Source of the DNA: an uncultured Bacteroidales bacterium
GTDB taxonomy: Bacteria > Bacteroidota > Bacteroidia > Bacteroidales > Paludibacteraceae
Length of the DNA: 64,000 nt
Reading direction: 5' to 3'
NCBI GenBank assembly: GCA_946534715.1
Contig: CAMNCW010000026.1
Location: 5,611 to 69,610, forward strand
In this document: in pieces, positions 42,291 to 50,784 of the stretch
How positions within the stretch are numbered: the first letter of the stretch is position 1
How the letters are laid out: every line of letters begins with the position of its first letter
The notes under the pieces: model-generated
What the model saw: the letters and a program-made list of their open reading frames with translations, nothing else
Databases searched by the model: none
Told to the model about the DNA's origin: nothing
Position numbers and translations under genes: made by a program

Positions 42291-43301
42291 ATGAAGCCCT
42301 ACAAATTTGCCCCATACTTAAAAACCACCATTTGGGGAGGTTATCAGATAGCCCCTTTCAAGGGTATTTATACCGCGCAGCCTAATATCGGCGAGTCGTG
42401 GGAGATCAGTGCCGTGCCCGGACATGAGTCTGTGGCGGTGGAAAGAGGTATCATCGGAGATGTCGATCTCGGACTGAATCTCGCACAACTCATTGATAAG
42501 TACAAAGGACTGCTCGTCGGTGAACGCGTCTATAAGAAATACGGCAATACCTTTCCCCTTCTTGTCAAGTTCATTGATTCGCGCCAGGATCTCTCTGTGC
42601 AAGTGCACCCTGACGATAAACTGGCGCAGAAACGCCACGGCTGTCCCGGCAAGACGGAGATGTGGTATGTCGTCAAAGCCGACGTGGGATCGAAGATTTA
42701 CTCCGGTCTCAAAAAATCCATCACTCCCGAAGACTACGAACGTTTAGTAACTACTGACACCACTACCCCCATCTCCCCCTCTGAGAGGGGGCAGGTGGGT
42801 GTCCCCTCTAACCCCTTCCTGGACATTATCGCAACCCACGAAGCGCATCAGGGAGACCTCTTTTTCCTCCCTGCCGGACGGCTCCATGCTATCGGTGCCG
42901 GTAATTTCCTCGTGGAGATACAGCAGACCTCCGACATCACCTACCGCGTCTATGATTTCGGCAGAAAGGACGCCCACGGTAACCCGCGTGAACTGCATAT
43001 CGAGCAAGCAAAAGAGGCAATCGATTATCAGGTCTGGCCCGAGTACCGAACTTCCTATGACTCGACCAAACCCAACTCCGAACTCATCCATTGCCCGTAT
43101 TTCACGGTCAATAGGGTAGTAGTGCAGGTGGCGGCGGAGATAGACCTGCATACGGATGCGTTTGTCGTCGTGGTCTGCCTTTGGGGCGAAGCACATATCA
43201 ACGGCATTCATGTCAAACAGGGCGAAACACTACTCGTTCCCGCCTCCGAAAACGTCCTCTACATCTTCGGTAACGCCACTTTCCTCACCGCCACAATGTA
43301 A
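42291..43301 (+). CDS. manA: Type I mannose-6-phosphate isomerase
   Basis: WGG..I...KG....IGESWE, LSVQVHPDD, EMWYV and AIGAG..L.EIQQTSD.TYRVYD motifs. Confidence 0.85.
   Translation: MKPYKFAPYLKTTIWGGYQIAPFKGIYTAQPNIGESWEISAVPGHESVAVERGIIGDVDLGLNLAQLIDKYKGLLVGERVYKKYGNTFPLLVKFIDSRQDLSVQVHPDDKLAQKRHGCPGKTEMWYVVKADVGSKIYSGLKKSITPEDYERLVTTDTTTPISPSERGQVGVPSNPFLDIIATHEAHQGDLFFLPAGRLHAIGAGNFLVEIQQTSDITYRVYDFGRKDAHGNPRELHIEQAKEAIDYQVWPEYRTSYDSTKPNSELIHCPYFTVNRVVVQVAAEIDLHTDAFVVVVCLWGEAHINGIHVKQGETLLVPASENVLYIFGNATFLTATM
42767..42815 (+). repeat. G/C hairpin mini-element in frame in manA (PISPSERGQVGVPSNP)
   Basis: ccccatctccccctc-tga-gagggggcaggtgggtgtcccctctaacccc. Same core and frame as the susD copy at 29694. 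Confidence 0.85.
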
Positions 43302-43370
43302 CCCGTTGCTGTTCTCCAATGTCACAAGTCCATTGTCCGGGAATTATATGCCTGTCTCATCCTTATTTTT

Positions 43371-43422
43371 TCGTGGGTATTTCGTGGGTATTTCGCGGGT
43401 TTTTCGCGGGTCTTTCGGGATC
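43371..43422 (-). repeat. Inverted copy of the 11-nt period array
   Basis: tcgtgggtatt tcgtgggtatt tcgcgggtttt tcgcgggtctt tcgggatc is the reverse complement of GATCCCGAAAGACCCGCGAAAAACCCGCGAAATACCCACGA... Confidence 0.85.
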
Positions 43423-43448
43423 TGAAATGATTTGTTCTTGAAAATGAG

Positions 43449-43478
43449 AATCCCACTCCTGGTTGAAGGGGTGGGATT
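43449..43478 (-). terminator. 11-bp hairpin, possible terminator of a minus-strand non-coding transcript
   Basis: aatcccactcc-tggttgaa-ggggtgggatt. On the minus strand it is followed by CTCATTTTC. Confidence 0.35.
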
Positions 43479-43619
43479 GTTATTGTAAGTAGAGAGAACT
43501 TGTGTGTTAATCTGATGGTAAATAGTGTTTCTCTTTTGAAAGCGAAAACAGCCGTCATCGCGACGTCTGTTTTTCTAAGGTATTAGTCTGTTTATTTAAG
43601 GTACAAAAAAGATTGGTCT

Positions 43620-43684
43620 TCATCATTTACCATTTGGTCATGTTCCATTTAGTAAAATTGGTATGTTCCATTTGGTAATTTTGT
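43620..43684. repeat. About 23-nt tandem repeat x2.6 (ATGTTCCATTTRGTAAWWTTG)
   Basis: Copies at 43640-43660 and 43663-43683, plus a partial copy tttaccatttggtc upstream. Confidence 0.75.
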
Positions 43685-43716
43685 AAAGTGGAGTTGTCAT
43701 TTTTTCAAATCCGATG

Positions 43717-43724
43717 CAAAGGTA
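43717..43724 (-). promoter_or_regulatory. Orphan -7 box (reverse complement TAccTTTG) pointing into a gene-free region
   Basis: Context aaaaaaaagcagTAccTTTGcatc is nearly identical to the tRNA-Pro promoter context at 21262-21282. No credible ORF downstream on the minus strand. Confidence 0.45.
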
Positions 43725-43828
43725 CTGCTTTTTTTTGACATGACCAAATCTTTTTATATGTTTTATAGCATATTTCAGCTAAAAATATCTAATTGTGCGA
43801 AAAAAGCGCATTCCGGAGCACTTAAATG

Positions 43829-44377
43829 TCAAATTCTGTCTAATTCTATCACTTCTAAGTTGTCAATTTTTGCTCCATCGATGGTGAAACGCAACAAGGT
43901 CTGGCAAGGTTGCCATCCTTGTTTTCCTGCCGCTCCGGGATTCATCGTGAGGAATTTGTATAGCGGATCGTATTGTACTTTGAGAATATGGCTATGACCG
44001 CAGACGAATAGATCAATGATGTCGTTGGTCGATGGACGTTCATCGTTAGTCGCTTGTGCATTTTTAGCTTCAAGACTTTTTCTAAACCAAGGAATGAGCC
44101 AAGGGTTATAATGTCCGGGATAGCCGCCGATATGGGTCATGAGAACATTGACATCTTCCACACGGAAACGATAAAACTCAGAGAGCGAATAACGCACATC
44201 GCCGGAGTCCATGTTACCATAGACAGCCCGTGTCGGTTTGAACTCACGGAGACGATGCAGAACCATGTCTGAGCCAATGTCTCCGGCATGCCAAATCTCA
44301 TCTACATCTTTGAAATGCTCAAAGATGCGCTTGTCTAACAGACCGTGAGTATCGGATAAAATGCCAATTCTTGTCAT
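43829..44377 (-). CDS. YfcE/MJ0936-type metallophosphoesterase
   Basis: MTRIGILSDTHG, ..HAGDIG.., ..GNMD.., ..VCGHSH.. motifs. Confidence 0.85.
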   Translation of the reverse strand: MTRIGILSDTHGLLDKRIFEHFKDVDEIWHAGDIGSDMVLHRLREFKPTRAVYGNMDSGDVRYSLSEFYRFRVEDVNVLMTHIGGYPGHYNPWLIPWFRKSLEAKNAQATNDERPSTNDIIDLFVCGHSHILKVQYDPLYKFLTMNPGAAGKQGWQPCQTLLRFTIDGAKIDNLEVIELDRI

Positions 44378-44382
44378 GGTTA

Positions 44383-44410
44383 TTGATAATTGACAATTGA
44401 TAATTGATGA
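44383..44410. repeat. Heptamer array TTGAYAA x4 (identical 28-mer to 1007-1034)
   Basis: ttgataa ttgacaa ttgataa ttgatga fills the 33-nt spacer between two minus-strand genes. Confidence 0.9.
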
Positions 44411-45076
44411 TTATTTCTTAGTGAGGTGATCTATCGTAAGGATAGAAGCGAAGATCGCGAGGGTAGAGATCGTGATAAAGAAGGTCACATCGCGAAGATC
44501 TAACACGCCGCGGGAAAGGGAAGAGTAGTGGTCTTGAAATAGAACCCAATAGAGGACGAAGCATGTTAGTGCACCGGAGATGAAACAGACGATCTGACTT
44601 TTGCTGAATGTTGCACAGAACAGACCGATGGCTAAGAACGTGCCGCTCAATAGAATGAGTCCGATAAACGAACCTAAGAACGCTCCGCTATCCAAGTTGC
44701 CCATCGGTTCTGCCATATATGCCACTACAAAATAGTGTACGAAACACGGAAGCAAGCCGATGAGAACTAAAATCCAAGCGGCAAAATACTTACCTAAGAC
44801 GATGCGTGTGAGGGAAACGGGTTTCGTTCGAATAAGATCCCAGATGCCTGATTGTCGTTCCTCTGAAAAAAGACGCATAGTGAGTGCCGGACAAAGCAGC
44901 ATAAACAACCACGGACTGAGTTGGAAGAGCCCGTCCACTTGGGCATACCCGGAGTCAATGATATTCCATTGACCGGGTATCACCCAAAGGAAGAGACTGA
45001 TTGCCAATTGGTACAAGCCTATGACGATGTACGCAATCGGCGTAGAGAAATAATATGATAATTCCTTACGGAACAT
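44411..45076 (-). CDS. ABC-2-type transporter permease (GldF-like)
   Basis: 221 aa, 6 TM segments. MFRKELSYYFSTPIAYIVIGLY N-terminus as in GldF-type permeases. No adjacent GldG or GldA. Confidence 0.6.
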   Translation of the reverse strand: MFRKELSYYFSTPIAYIVIGLYQLAISLFLWVIPGQWNIIDSGYAQVDGLFQLSPWLFMLLCPALTMRLFSEERQSGIWDLIRTKPVSLTRIVLGKYFAAWILVLIGLLPCFVHYFVVAYMAEPMGNLDSGAFLGSFIGLILLSGTFLAIGLFCATFSKSQIVCFISGALTCFVLYWVLFQDHYSSLSRGVLDLRDVTFFITISTLAIFASILTIDHLTKK

Positions 45077-45101
45077 TTGTAATTTGTAATTTGAGATTTA
45101 A
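45074..45101. repeat. Heptamer array NATTTGW x4
   Basis: catttgt aatttgt aatttga gatttaa. Spans the start of one gene and the stop of the next. Confidence 0.8.
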
Positions 45102-46396
45102 TGTTTCACCTCAAGGTCTTTGTTTACCGGTGTTTTTGGGAAGAAGAGCCAGAAAGCCACAGCTACCACGAGGGCAAAGCCGGCAAAGATGTACCATGCT
45201 TGTTTCCAACCGTCCCAAACAGCGAGCGGTCCTTGCGAGGTGACTTCCTCTGCCATGACGAGTTTATTAACAATCGCTTGTGCAGAGAGCGTACCGATAG
45301 TAGCTCCTAAACCGTTGGTCATCATCATAAAGAGACCTTGTGCAGACGAACGTTGTGCTTCTTCGGTCTCCTGATCTACGTAAAGCGCACCGGATATATT
45401 GAAGAAATCAAAGGCAAAACCATAAACGATGCAACTCAGGATGAAGAGTATCACACCAGGGAATCCCGGATTGCCGGCTCCAAAGAAACCAAAGCGGAAT
45501 ACCCAAGCAAACATTGCCATCAGCATCACGTTCTTGATACCGAAGCGCTTGAGGAAGAACGGAATAGCAAGGATACAGAGTGCCTCGCAGATCTGCGAGA
45601 TAGAGATGAGGATGTTAGCGTGCTGAACACCGAACGTATTTGCGAACTCTTCGATAGCGCCAAACGAGGTAATGAAGGGGTTGGCATAGCTGTTGGTCAC
45701 TTGCAGACACATACCGAGCATCATCGAGAAGATGAAGAAGAGTGCCATCTTCTTTTGTTTGAAGAGCGCAAAAGCTTTGAGACCCAGTGCTTCTACGAGA
45801 TCCACAGATCCTTCTGACTTATTGATCTCACAAGCCGGAAGAGTGAGCGAATAAGCCGCCAAGAGAATACTCAGACCACCGGAAACGACAAACTGCCACG
45901 GAGTAGCTTGAAAACCGAGCAGGTCAATACACCACATGGTCACAATGAAACCCACTGTTCCGAAGACGCGAATAGGCGGGAAGTCCTTGACTGTGTCCAT
46001 CTTGGCTTTCACCAAAGCATTGAAAGCCACGGAGTTCGTCAACGCAATCGTCGGCATGAAGAACGCCACGGAGATGGTGTAGAGCGAGAAGAGGGTAGCA
46101 AACTGCACATCTGCCGCCGTATAAGCATAGAGGCCAGCCGCGCACATGAAGATACCTGCTAAGGCATGGCAAAGACTGAGGGTCTTTTGCGCCTGAATCC
46201 AACGATCCGCCACAATACCCATCAAAGCAGGCATGAAAAGGCTGACGATACCTTGGATCGAGTAGAACCATCCGATGTGTTGACCCATACCTTGTTTGAA
46301 AAGGTACGTTCCCATTGAGGTTAAGTACGCGCCCCACACAGCGAACTCCAAGAAGTTCATGACGATGAGGCGGATTTGAAGTGATCTGTTTTTCAT
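45098..46396 (-). CDS. MFS nucleoside:H+ symporter (NupG/XapB-like)
   Basis: 432 aa. IRLIVMNFLEFAVWGAYLTSMGTYL N-terminus typical of the NHS family. Confidence 0.8.
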   Translation of the reverse strand: MKNRSLQIRLIVMNFLEFAVWGAYLTSMGTYLFKQGMGQHIGWFYSIQGIVSLFMPALMGIVADRWIQAQKTLSLCHALAGIFMCAAGLYAYTAADVQFATLFSLYTISVAFFMPTIALTNSVAFNALVKAKMDTVKDFPPIRVFGTVGFIVTMWCIDLLGFQATPWQFVVSGGLSILLAAYSLTLPACEINKSEGSVDLVEALGLKAFALFKQKKMALFFIFSMMLGMCLQVTNSYANPFITSFGAIEEFANTFGVQHANILISISQICEALCILAIPFFLKRFGIKNVMLMAMFAWVFRFGFFGAGNPGFPGVILFILSCIVYGFAFDFFNISGALYVDQETEEAQRSSAQGLFMMMTNGLGATIGTLSAQAIVNKLVMAEEVTSQGPLAVWDGWKQAWYIFAGFALVVAVAFWLFFPKTPVNKDLEVKH

Positions 46397-46418
46397 ATTG
46401 TTGTTGTTTTGTTATTTT

Positions 46419-46458
46419 CGTGATCTCGTGATCTCGTGATCTCGTCATTTCGTGATTA
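46419..46458. repeat. Octamer array CGTGATCT x5 (three perfect units)
   Basis: cgtgatct cgtgatct cgtgatct cgtcattt cgtgatta. Same unit as 36513-36536. Overlaps the prfC stop. Confidence 0.9.
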
Positions 46459-47952
46459 GAATTCCGAGGTAAAATGGAACGTAATGTGTTTGTAGTCTTG
46501 TTGCGCCATGGAGAGGACATAAGCGGAGTCCGCCATGAAGACATCGCGGCCTTCTTTGTCCGTCGCCATGTATTGCGCTTTGCGTTTCTTGAACATGTCC
46601 AGCTCGGCATCGTCGTTGGACTCGATCCAGCAGGCTTTGTACATCTGGAGCGGTTGCCATTTGCATTTGGCTTGGTACTCGTGCTCCAAACGGTATTGGA
46701 TAACCTCAAACTGCAGTTGTCCCACTGTTCCGATGATCTTACGACCGTTGAGTTGGCTCACAAAGAGCTGTGCTACACCTTCGTCCATGAGTTGGTTGAT
46801 ACCCTTATCGAGCTGTTTCTGCTTCATCGGATCGGCGTTGTCAATGTATTTGAACATCTCCGGCGAGAAAGACGGCAAGCCTTTGAAATGCAAGTGTTCG
46901 CCTGCGGTGAGCGTGTCTCCGATCTTGAAATTACCGGTGTCGGGCAGACCCACTACATCTCCTGCAAACGCTTCATCGACGGTCTCTTTCTTTTGCGCCA
47001 TGAAGCAGGTCGGAGCCGCAAAACGCATCTGCTGGTCCTTACGCACGTGATAATAATAGGTGTTGCGCAGGAACTTACCGGAACAGATTTTGAAGAACGC
47101 AATACACGAGCGATGGTTCGGATCCATGTTCGCGTGGATCTTAAAGCAGAACGCGGTGAACTTATCTTCCATCGGTTCTACAGTACGCTCTTCGGCTGTT
47201 ACAGGAAGAGGTGAGGGTGCATTCTCTACCAAGAAATCCAGCAACTCTTGCACGCCGATGGTCTTGTATGCCGAGCCGAAGAAGACAGGTGCGAGATCAC
47301 CACGCAGGTATGCTTCTTTGTAAAACTCCGGATAAACACCATCAATCATTTCAAGGTCTTCTTGCAGTTTCGGACTAAGTTCTGACGGACGATTGTTAAG
47401 TGCGAATACGGACTCGAATTTCAGTCCTTGTCCGTTCGCCCAAGTCACGGGCGTACAATGAATACCGAGTTCTTTCTCCGCTTCGTCCATGAGATCGAAC
47501 GGATCTTTACCTTCGCGGTCCATCTTGTTCATAAAGACCATGACCGGCGTCTTACGCATTCGGCACACTTCCATGAGTCGGCGAGTCTGCGCTTCGACAC
47601 CTTTAGCTGAGTCGATGACGACGATGGCTGAATCCACGGCAGTAAGCGTACGGAACGTATCTTCCGCAAAGTCTTGGTGACCCGGAGTGTCGAGGATGTT
47701 TATATGATGGTCGGCGTAGTCAAAGCCCATGACGGAAGTAGCGACAGAGATACCACGTTGTTTCTCAATCTCCATCCAGTCTGAGGTAGCAGTCTTGCGG
47801 ATCTTATTGGACTTGACCGCTCCGGCGACGTGAATAGCGCCTCCATAGAGCAGGAGTTTCTCAGTCAAAGTCGTCTTACCGGCATCAGGGTGCGAGATAA
47901 TCGCAAAAGTGCGACGTTTTAATATTTCGTTTTGATCAGCGGAGGGTAGCAT
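46456..47952 (-). CDS. prfC: Peptide chain release factor 3
   Basis: RRTFAIISHPDAGKTTLTEKLLLYGGAI, DTPGHQDF and NKMD G-domain motifs. Confidence 0.95.
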   Translation of the reverse strand: MLPSADQNEILKRRTFAIISHPDAGKTTLTEKLLLYGGAIHVAGAVKSNKIRKTATSDWMEIEKQRGISVATSVMGFDYADHHINILDTPGHQDFAEDTFRTLTAVDSAIVVIDSAKGVEAQTRRLMEVCRMRKTPVMVFMNKMDREGKDPFDLMDEAEKELGIHCTPVTWANGQGLKFESVFALNNRPSELSPKLQEDLEMIDGVYPEFYKEAYLRGDLAPVFFGSAYKTIGVQELLDFLVENAPSPLPVTAEERTVEPMEDKFTAFCFKIHANMDPNHRSCIAFFKICSGKFLRNTYYYHVRKDQQMRFAAPTCFMAQKKETVDEAFAGDVVGLPDTGNFKIGDTLTAGEHLHFKGLPSFSPEMFKYIDNADPMKQKQLDKGINQLMDEGVAQLFVSQLNGRKIIGTVGQLQFEVIQYRLEHEYQAKCKWQPLQMYKACWIESNDDAELDMFKKRKAQYMATDKEGRDVFMADSAYVLSMAQQDYKHITFHFTSEF

Positions 47953-50419
47953 TGAATTTCTCTTCGAATGTTGCCTTTAGGCGGTTCATAATATTCTCAA
48001 TCTGTGTATCTTTGAGGGTGTTCTCTGCATCTTGGAGGATGAAGGAGAGGGCATAGGATTTCTTGCCTTCTTCGAGGTTCTTGCCCTCATAGACATCAAA
48101 CAGATAGACGTTCTTGAGCAGTTTCTTCTCCGTGGAGAAGGCAGCGCGTGCGAGGTCTGCGAACTCAACAGATTTATCCACAAGGAGCGCAAAGTCACGC
48201 TTAACTTCCGGATATTTGGGCAGATCATTGATAACTGCTTTGTATTGTTTGTTCTGTTTGAGCAGTTGGTTCCAATCAAGGTCTGCATAATAGACTTCCT
48301 GGTCGATGTCGAAGATCTTGAGCTGCTTGCGAGCCACGATGCCAATAAAGCCGAGTGCTTTGCCGTTAGCGGCTTTGATGACGAGACCATCAGAGAAGAG
48401 TTCGTTCTCCAGACGCTCTACGGTCGTCTTGGAGAGATCAACACCGAGACGCACAAGGATGTTGTTCACATATGCGTGGAGCTGATAGAACGTGGTTTTC
48501 TCTTCCTTGCGAACCCAAGTCTGTGCGGCTTTGTTACCGGTGAGCCAAAGACCGATATGCGGCTCCTCGGAATATGCCTTGAGTGGATCGTTTTGAATTA
48601 ATTCGTAATTTTTAATTTTTAATTCTCCATTGTAGTGGTAGCAGTTACCGAACTCGTAGAACTTGAGGTCGCTGTTCTTGCGGTTGGCGTTGCGTGCGAT
48701 AGACTCGAGTCCGCCAAAGAGCAGGGTCTGACGCATCACACCGAGGTCTTGGCTCAAGGGGTTCATGATCTTGACGCACGTGTCCAATGTCAGTTGGGTC
48801 AAAGGCTCGTAGTACGATACTTTGGTAAGCGAGTTATTGAGGATCTCATTGAAGCCCTGTGCGGTGAGTTGCTCTGCAATCTTACGACGCAGTTTCTCAG
48901 GATCCGGCTTGAGACCATATGCAAGGCTGGTGTTCAGTTTCTCAGGGAACTCGACATTGTCATAGCCGTAGATACGGAGGATGTCTTCCACTACATCGCA
49001 CTCACGCTGTACGTCCACGCGGTAGCGCGGAACTTCCAACTGCCAGGAGTCGCCATGTTTGGTAACTATATTGATCTCCAATGCGTGGAGGATCGTTTCG
49101 ATCGTGTCCTCGCCGATAGCTTTACCGATGAGGCTGTTGACACGGTTGATGTCAATAGTTACTGACCATGGAGACAGTAGCGAATCAGTGGCGGTAAAGT
49201 CTAGGATCATTCCTATTTGATCAGCATTCGAGAGCGTTTTGATAAGGAGGGCGGCACGTTTGAGGACGTAAAGTGTGTTGCAAGGGTCACAGCCACGCTC
49301 GTAACGGAAAGAAGCGTCCGTCTGGAGCTGGTGACGACGACTCGTCTTGCGGATGGTTACGGGATCGAAATAGGCTGACTCCAAGAAGATGTTTTTGGTG
49401 TTTTCTGTTACACCGCTTTCAAGTCCGCCGAAGACTCCGGCTATACACATCGCCTCTTCTTTGTTGGCTATCATGAGATCGCGTGCATCCATTTCGCGTT
49501 CAACGCCGTCGAGAGTAACGAATTTCTCGCCTTGTTTAGCATAGCGGACGTGAATCTCGTTGCCCTTTATCTTGTCTGCATCGAAGGCGTGGAGCGCTTG
49601 TCCGCACTCGTGGAGCACGAAGTTAGTGACATCGACGATGTTGTTAATAGGGCGAAGACCGATGGCCAAGAGGCTGTTTTTGAGCCATTCCGGCGATTCT
49701 TTTACTTCTACACCTTTGATATAAACGCCGGAATAACGCGGGGCTGCGTCCGGCGCTTCAACAATGACAGAGATGGGTGATTCGTTGATATCCGATTTGA
49801 ACTCCTCTACTGAAGGTTTGGAGAGCGCGATATCCTGTCCGTGCGCTTTGTAGTATGCGTAAAGGTCACGGGCTACACCATAGTGAGATGCTGCGTCGGA
49901 ACGGTTTGGCGTGATATCTACTTCGATGATGGTGTCATTCTCAATGTGGTAGTAATCAGCGGCTTTCATGCCCACCGGCGTGTCCGCCGGGAGGACGATG
50001 ATGCCTGCATGGTCTGTTCCCACACCGATTTCGTCTTCCGCGCAGATCATACCGAATGAGTCCTCGCCGCGGAGTTTGCCTTTTTTGATGGTGAAGGACT
50101 GATCGCCGTCATAGAGAACGGTTCCGATAGTAGCGACGATAACTTTCTGTCCGGCCGCGACATTCGGCGCTCCGCAGACAATAGGCAGCGGTTCTGCTTC
50201 TCCAACGTTCACTTTGGTGATATGCAAGTGGTCGGAATTAGGGTGAGGTTCACAAGTTAACACTTCGCCCACAACAAGGCCTTTGAGTCCGCCACGGATC
50301 GATTCTTTCTCTTCCACTGTTCCCACTTCCAAACCGATAGAAGTAAGAATTTTTGCTACTGTTTCCGCGTCATCTTTCAACGCAATGTAGCGTTTTAACC
50401 AATTATACGATATATTCAT
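47936..50419 (-). CDS. pheT: Phenylalanine--tRNA ligase beta subunit
   Basis: 827 aa. MNISYNWLKRYI, tRNA-binding, B3/4, B5 and FDX-ACB domain order. Confidence 0.95.
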   Translation of the reverse strand: MNISYNWLKRYIALKDDAETVAKILTSIGLEVGTVEEKESIRGGLKGLVVGEVLTCEPHPNSDHLHITKVNVGEAEPLPIVCGAPNVAAGQKVIVATIGTVLYDGDQSFTIKKGKLRGEDSFGMICAEDEIGVGTDHAGIIVLPADTPVGMKAADYYHIENDTIIEVDITPNRSDAASHYGVARDLYAYYKAHGQDIALSKPSVEEFKSDINESPISVIVEAPDAAPRYSGVYIKGVEVKESPEWLKNSLLAIGLRPINNIVDVTNFVLHECGQALHAFDADKIKGNEIHVRYAKQGEKFVTLDGVEREMDARDLMIANKEEAMCIAGVFGGLESGVTENTKNIFLESAYFDPVTIRKTSRRHQLQTDASFRYERGCDPCNTLYVLKRAALLIKTLSNADQIGMILDFTATDSLLSPWSVTIDINRVNSLIGKAIGEDTIETILHALEINIVTKHGDSWQLEVPRYRVDVQRECDVVEDILRIYGYDNVEFPEKLNTSLAYGLKPDPEKLRRKIAEQLTAQGFNEILNNSLTKVSYYEPLTQLTLDTCVKIMNPLSQDLGVMRQTLLFGGLESIARNANRKNSDLKFYEFGNCYHYNGELKIKNYELIQNDPLKAYSEEPHIGLWLTGNKAAQTWVRKEEKTTFYQLHAYVNNILVRLGVDLSKTTVERLENELFSDGLVIKAANGKALGFIGIVARKQLKIFDIDQEVYYADLDWNQLLKQNKQYKAVINDLPKYPEVKRDFALLVDKSVEFADLARAAFSTEKKLLKNVYLFDVYEGKNLEEGKKSYALSFILQDAENTLKDTQIENIMNRLKATFEEKFNATLR
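48595..48633. repeat. Heptamer array AATTNNT x5 in frame in pheT (GELKIKNYELIQ on the minus strand)
   Basis: ttgaatt aattcgt aattttt aattttt aattctc cattgta. Confidence 0.8.
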
Positions 50420-50455
50420 TTTTAATGTAATTTATGCAAAATATCAAAATTGCTG

Positions 50456-50463
50456 CAAAGGTA
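50456..50463 (-). promoter_or_regulatory. -7 box (reverse complement TAccTTTG) for pheT
   Basis: caaaggta, 37 nt upstream of the pheT ATG (50419). Confidence 0.55.
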
Positions 50464-50546
50464 CAAAAAAAATCTCACATATGCAAGCGCGCGCGTATTT
50501 TTCCTTATTTTTTATGAATATATTTGCATATATCAAAAATTCTTTG

Positions 50547-50554
50547 TATCTTTG
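50547..50554 (+). promoter_or_regulatory. -7 box TAtcTTTG
   Basis: Preceded by TTTGCATATATCAAA. ATG at 50573. Confidence 0.55.
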
Positions 50555-50572
50555 CAGCAAATTTGGTGTATT

Positions 50573-50782
50573 ATGCGCTCAGTAGTATATGCGATAGTGA
50601 TTTTAGGAGCGGCTATGTTGCTGCTATGCGTCGGAATAATCCTGCGCAAGGATCATTCGTTCCGGTCTCAGCATATTGGTGAGAATGCGCGCATGCGGGA
50701 AGACAAGATTCATTGCGCCACCAGCCAAGACCGGGAGGCTCAGCGCGAACAAAGAAAGAAAATAGATATTAAAAAATTATAA
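50573..50782 (+). CDS. Small single-pass membrane protein
   Basis: MRSVVYAIVILGAAMLLLCVGIIL TM segment followed by a charged tail. Start chosen downstream of the promoter box. Confidence 0.4.
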   Translation: MRSVVYAIVILGAAMLLLCVGIILRKDHSFRSQHIGENARMREDKIHCATSQDREAQREQRKKIDIKKL

Positions 50783-50784
50783 TT

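Larger units (their letters stand above)
22676..43301 (+). other. Beta-mannan/galactomannan polysaccharide utilisation locus, 15 predicted protein genes on one strand plus one weak 41-aa ORF
   Basis: AraC, GH26, 3-module protein, SusC, SusD, two surface proteins, a weak 41-aa ORF (34183-34308), GH36, surface protein, GH26, GH130, GPH symporter, 2-epimerase, ManA. All on the plus strand with short or overlapping junctions. Confidence 0.85.

Noticed and set aside
43322-43997. ORFs 43322..43558 (minus) and 43740..43997 (plus) downstream of manA
   Set aside because: The first runs through the 11-nt array and hairpin. The second overlaps the metallophosphoesterase on the opposite strand. Neither has supporting features.
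45924-46709. 261-aa minus-strand ORF bridging the nucleoside permease and prfC
   Set aside because: It is out of frame with both confidently called genes and runs through the octamer array. The product is Arg/Pro/Thr-rich nonsense.
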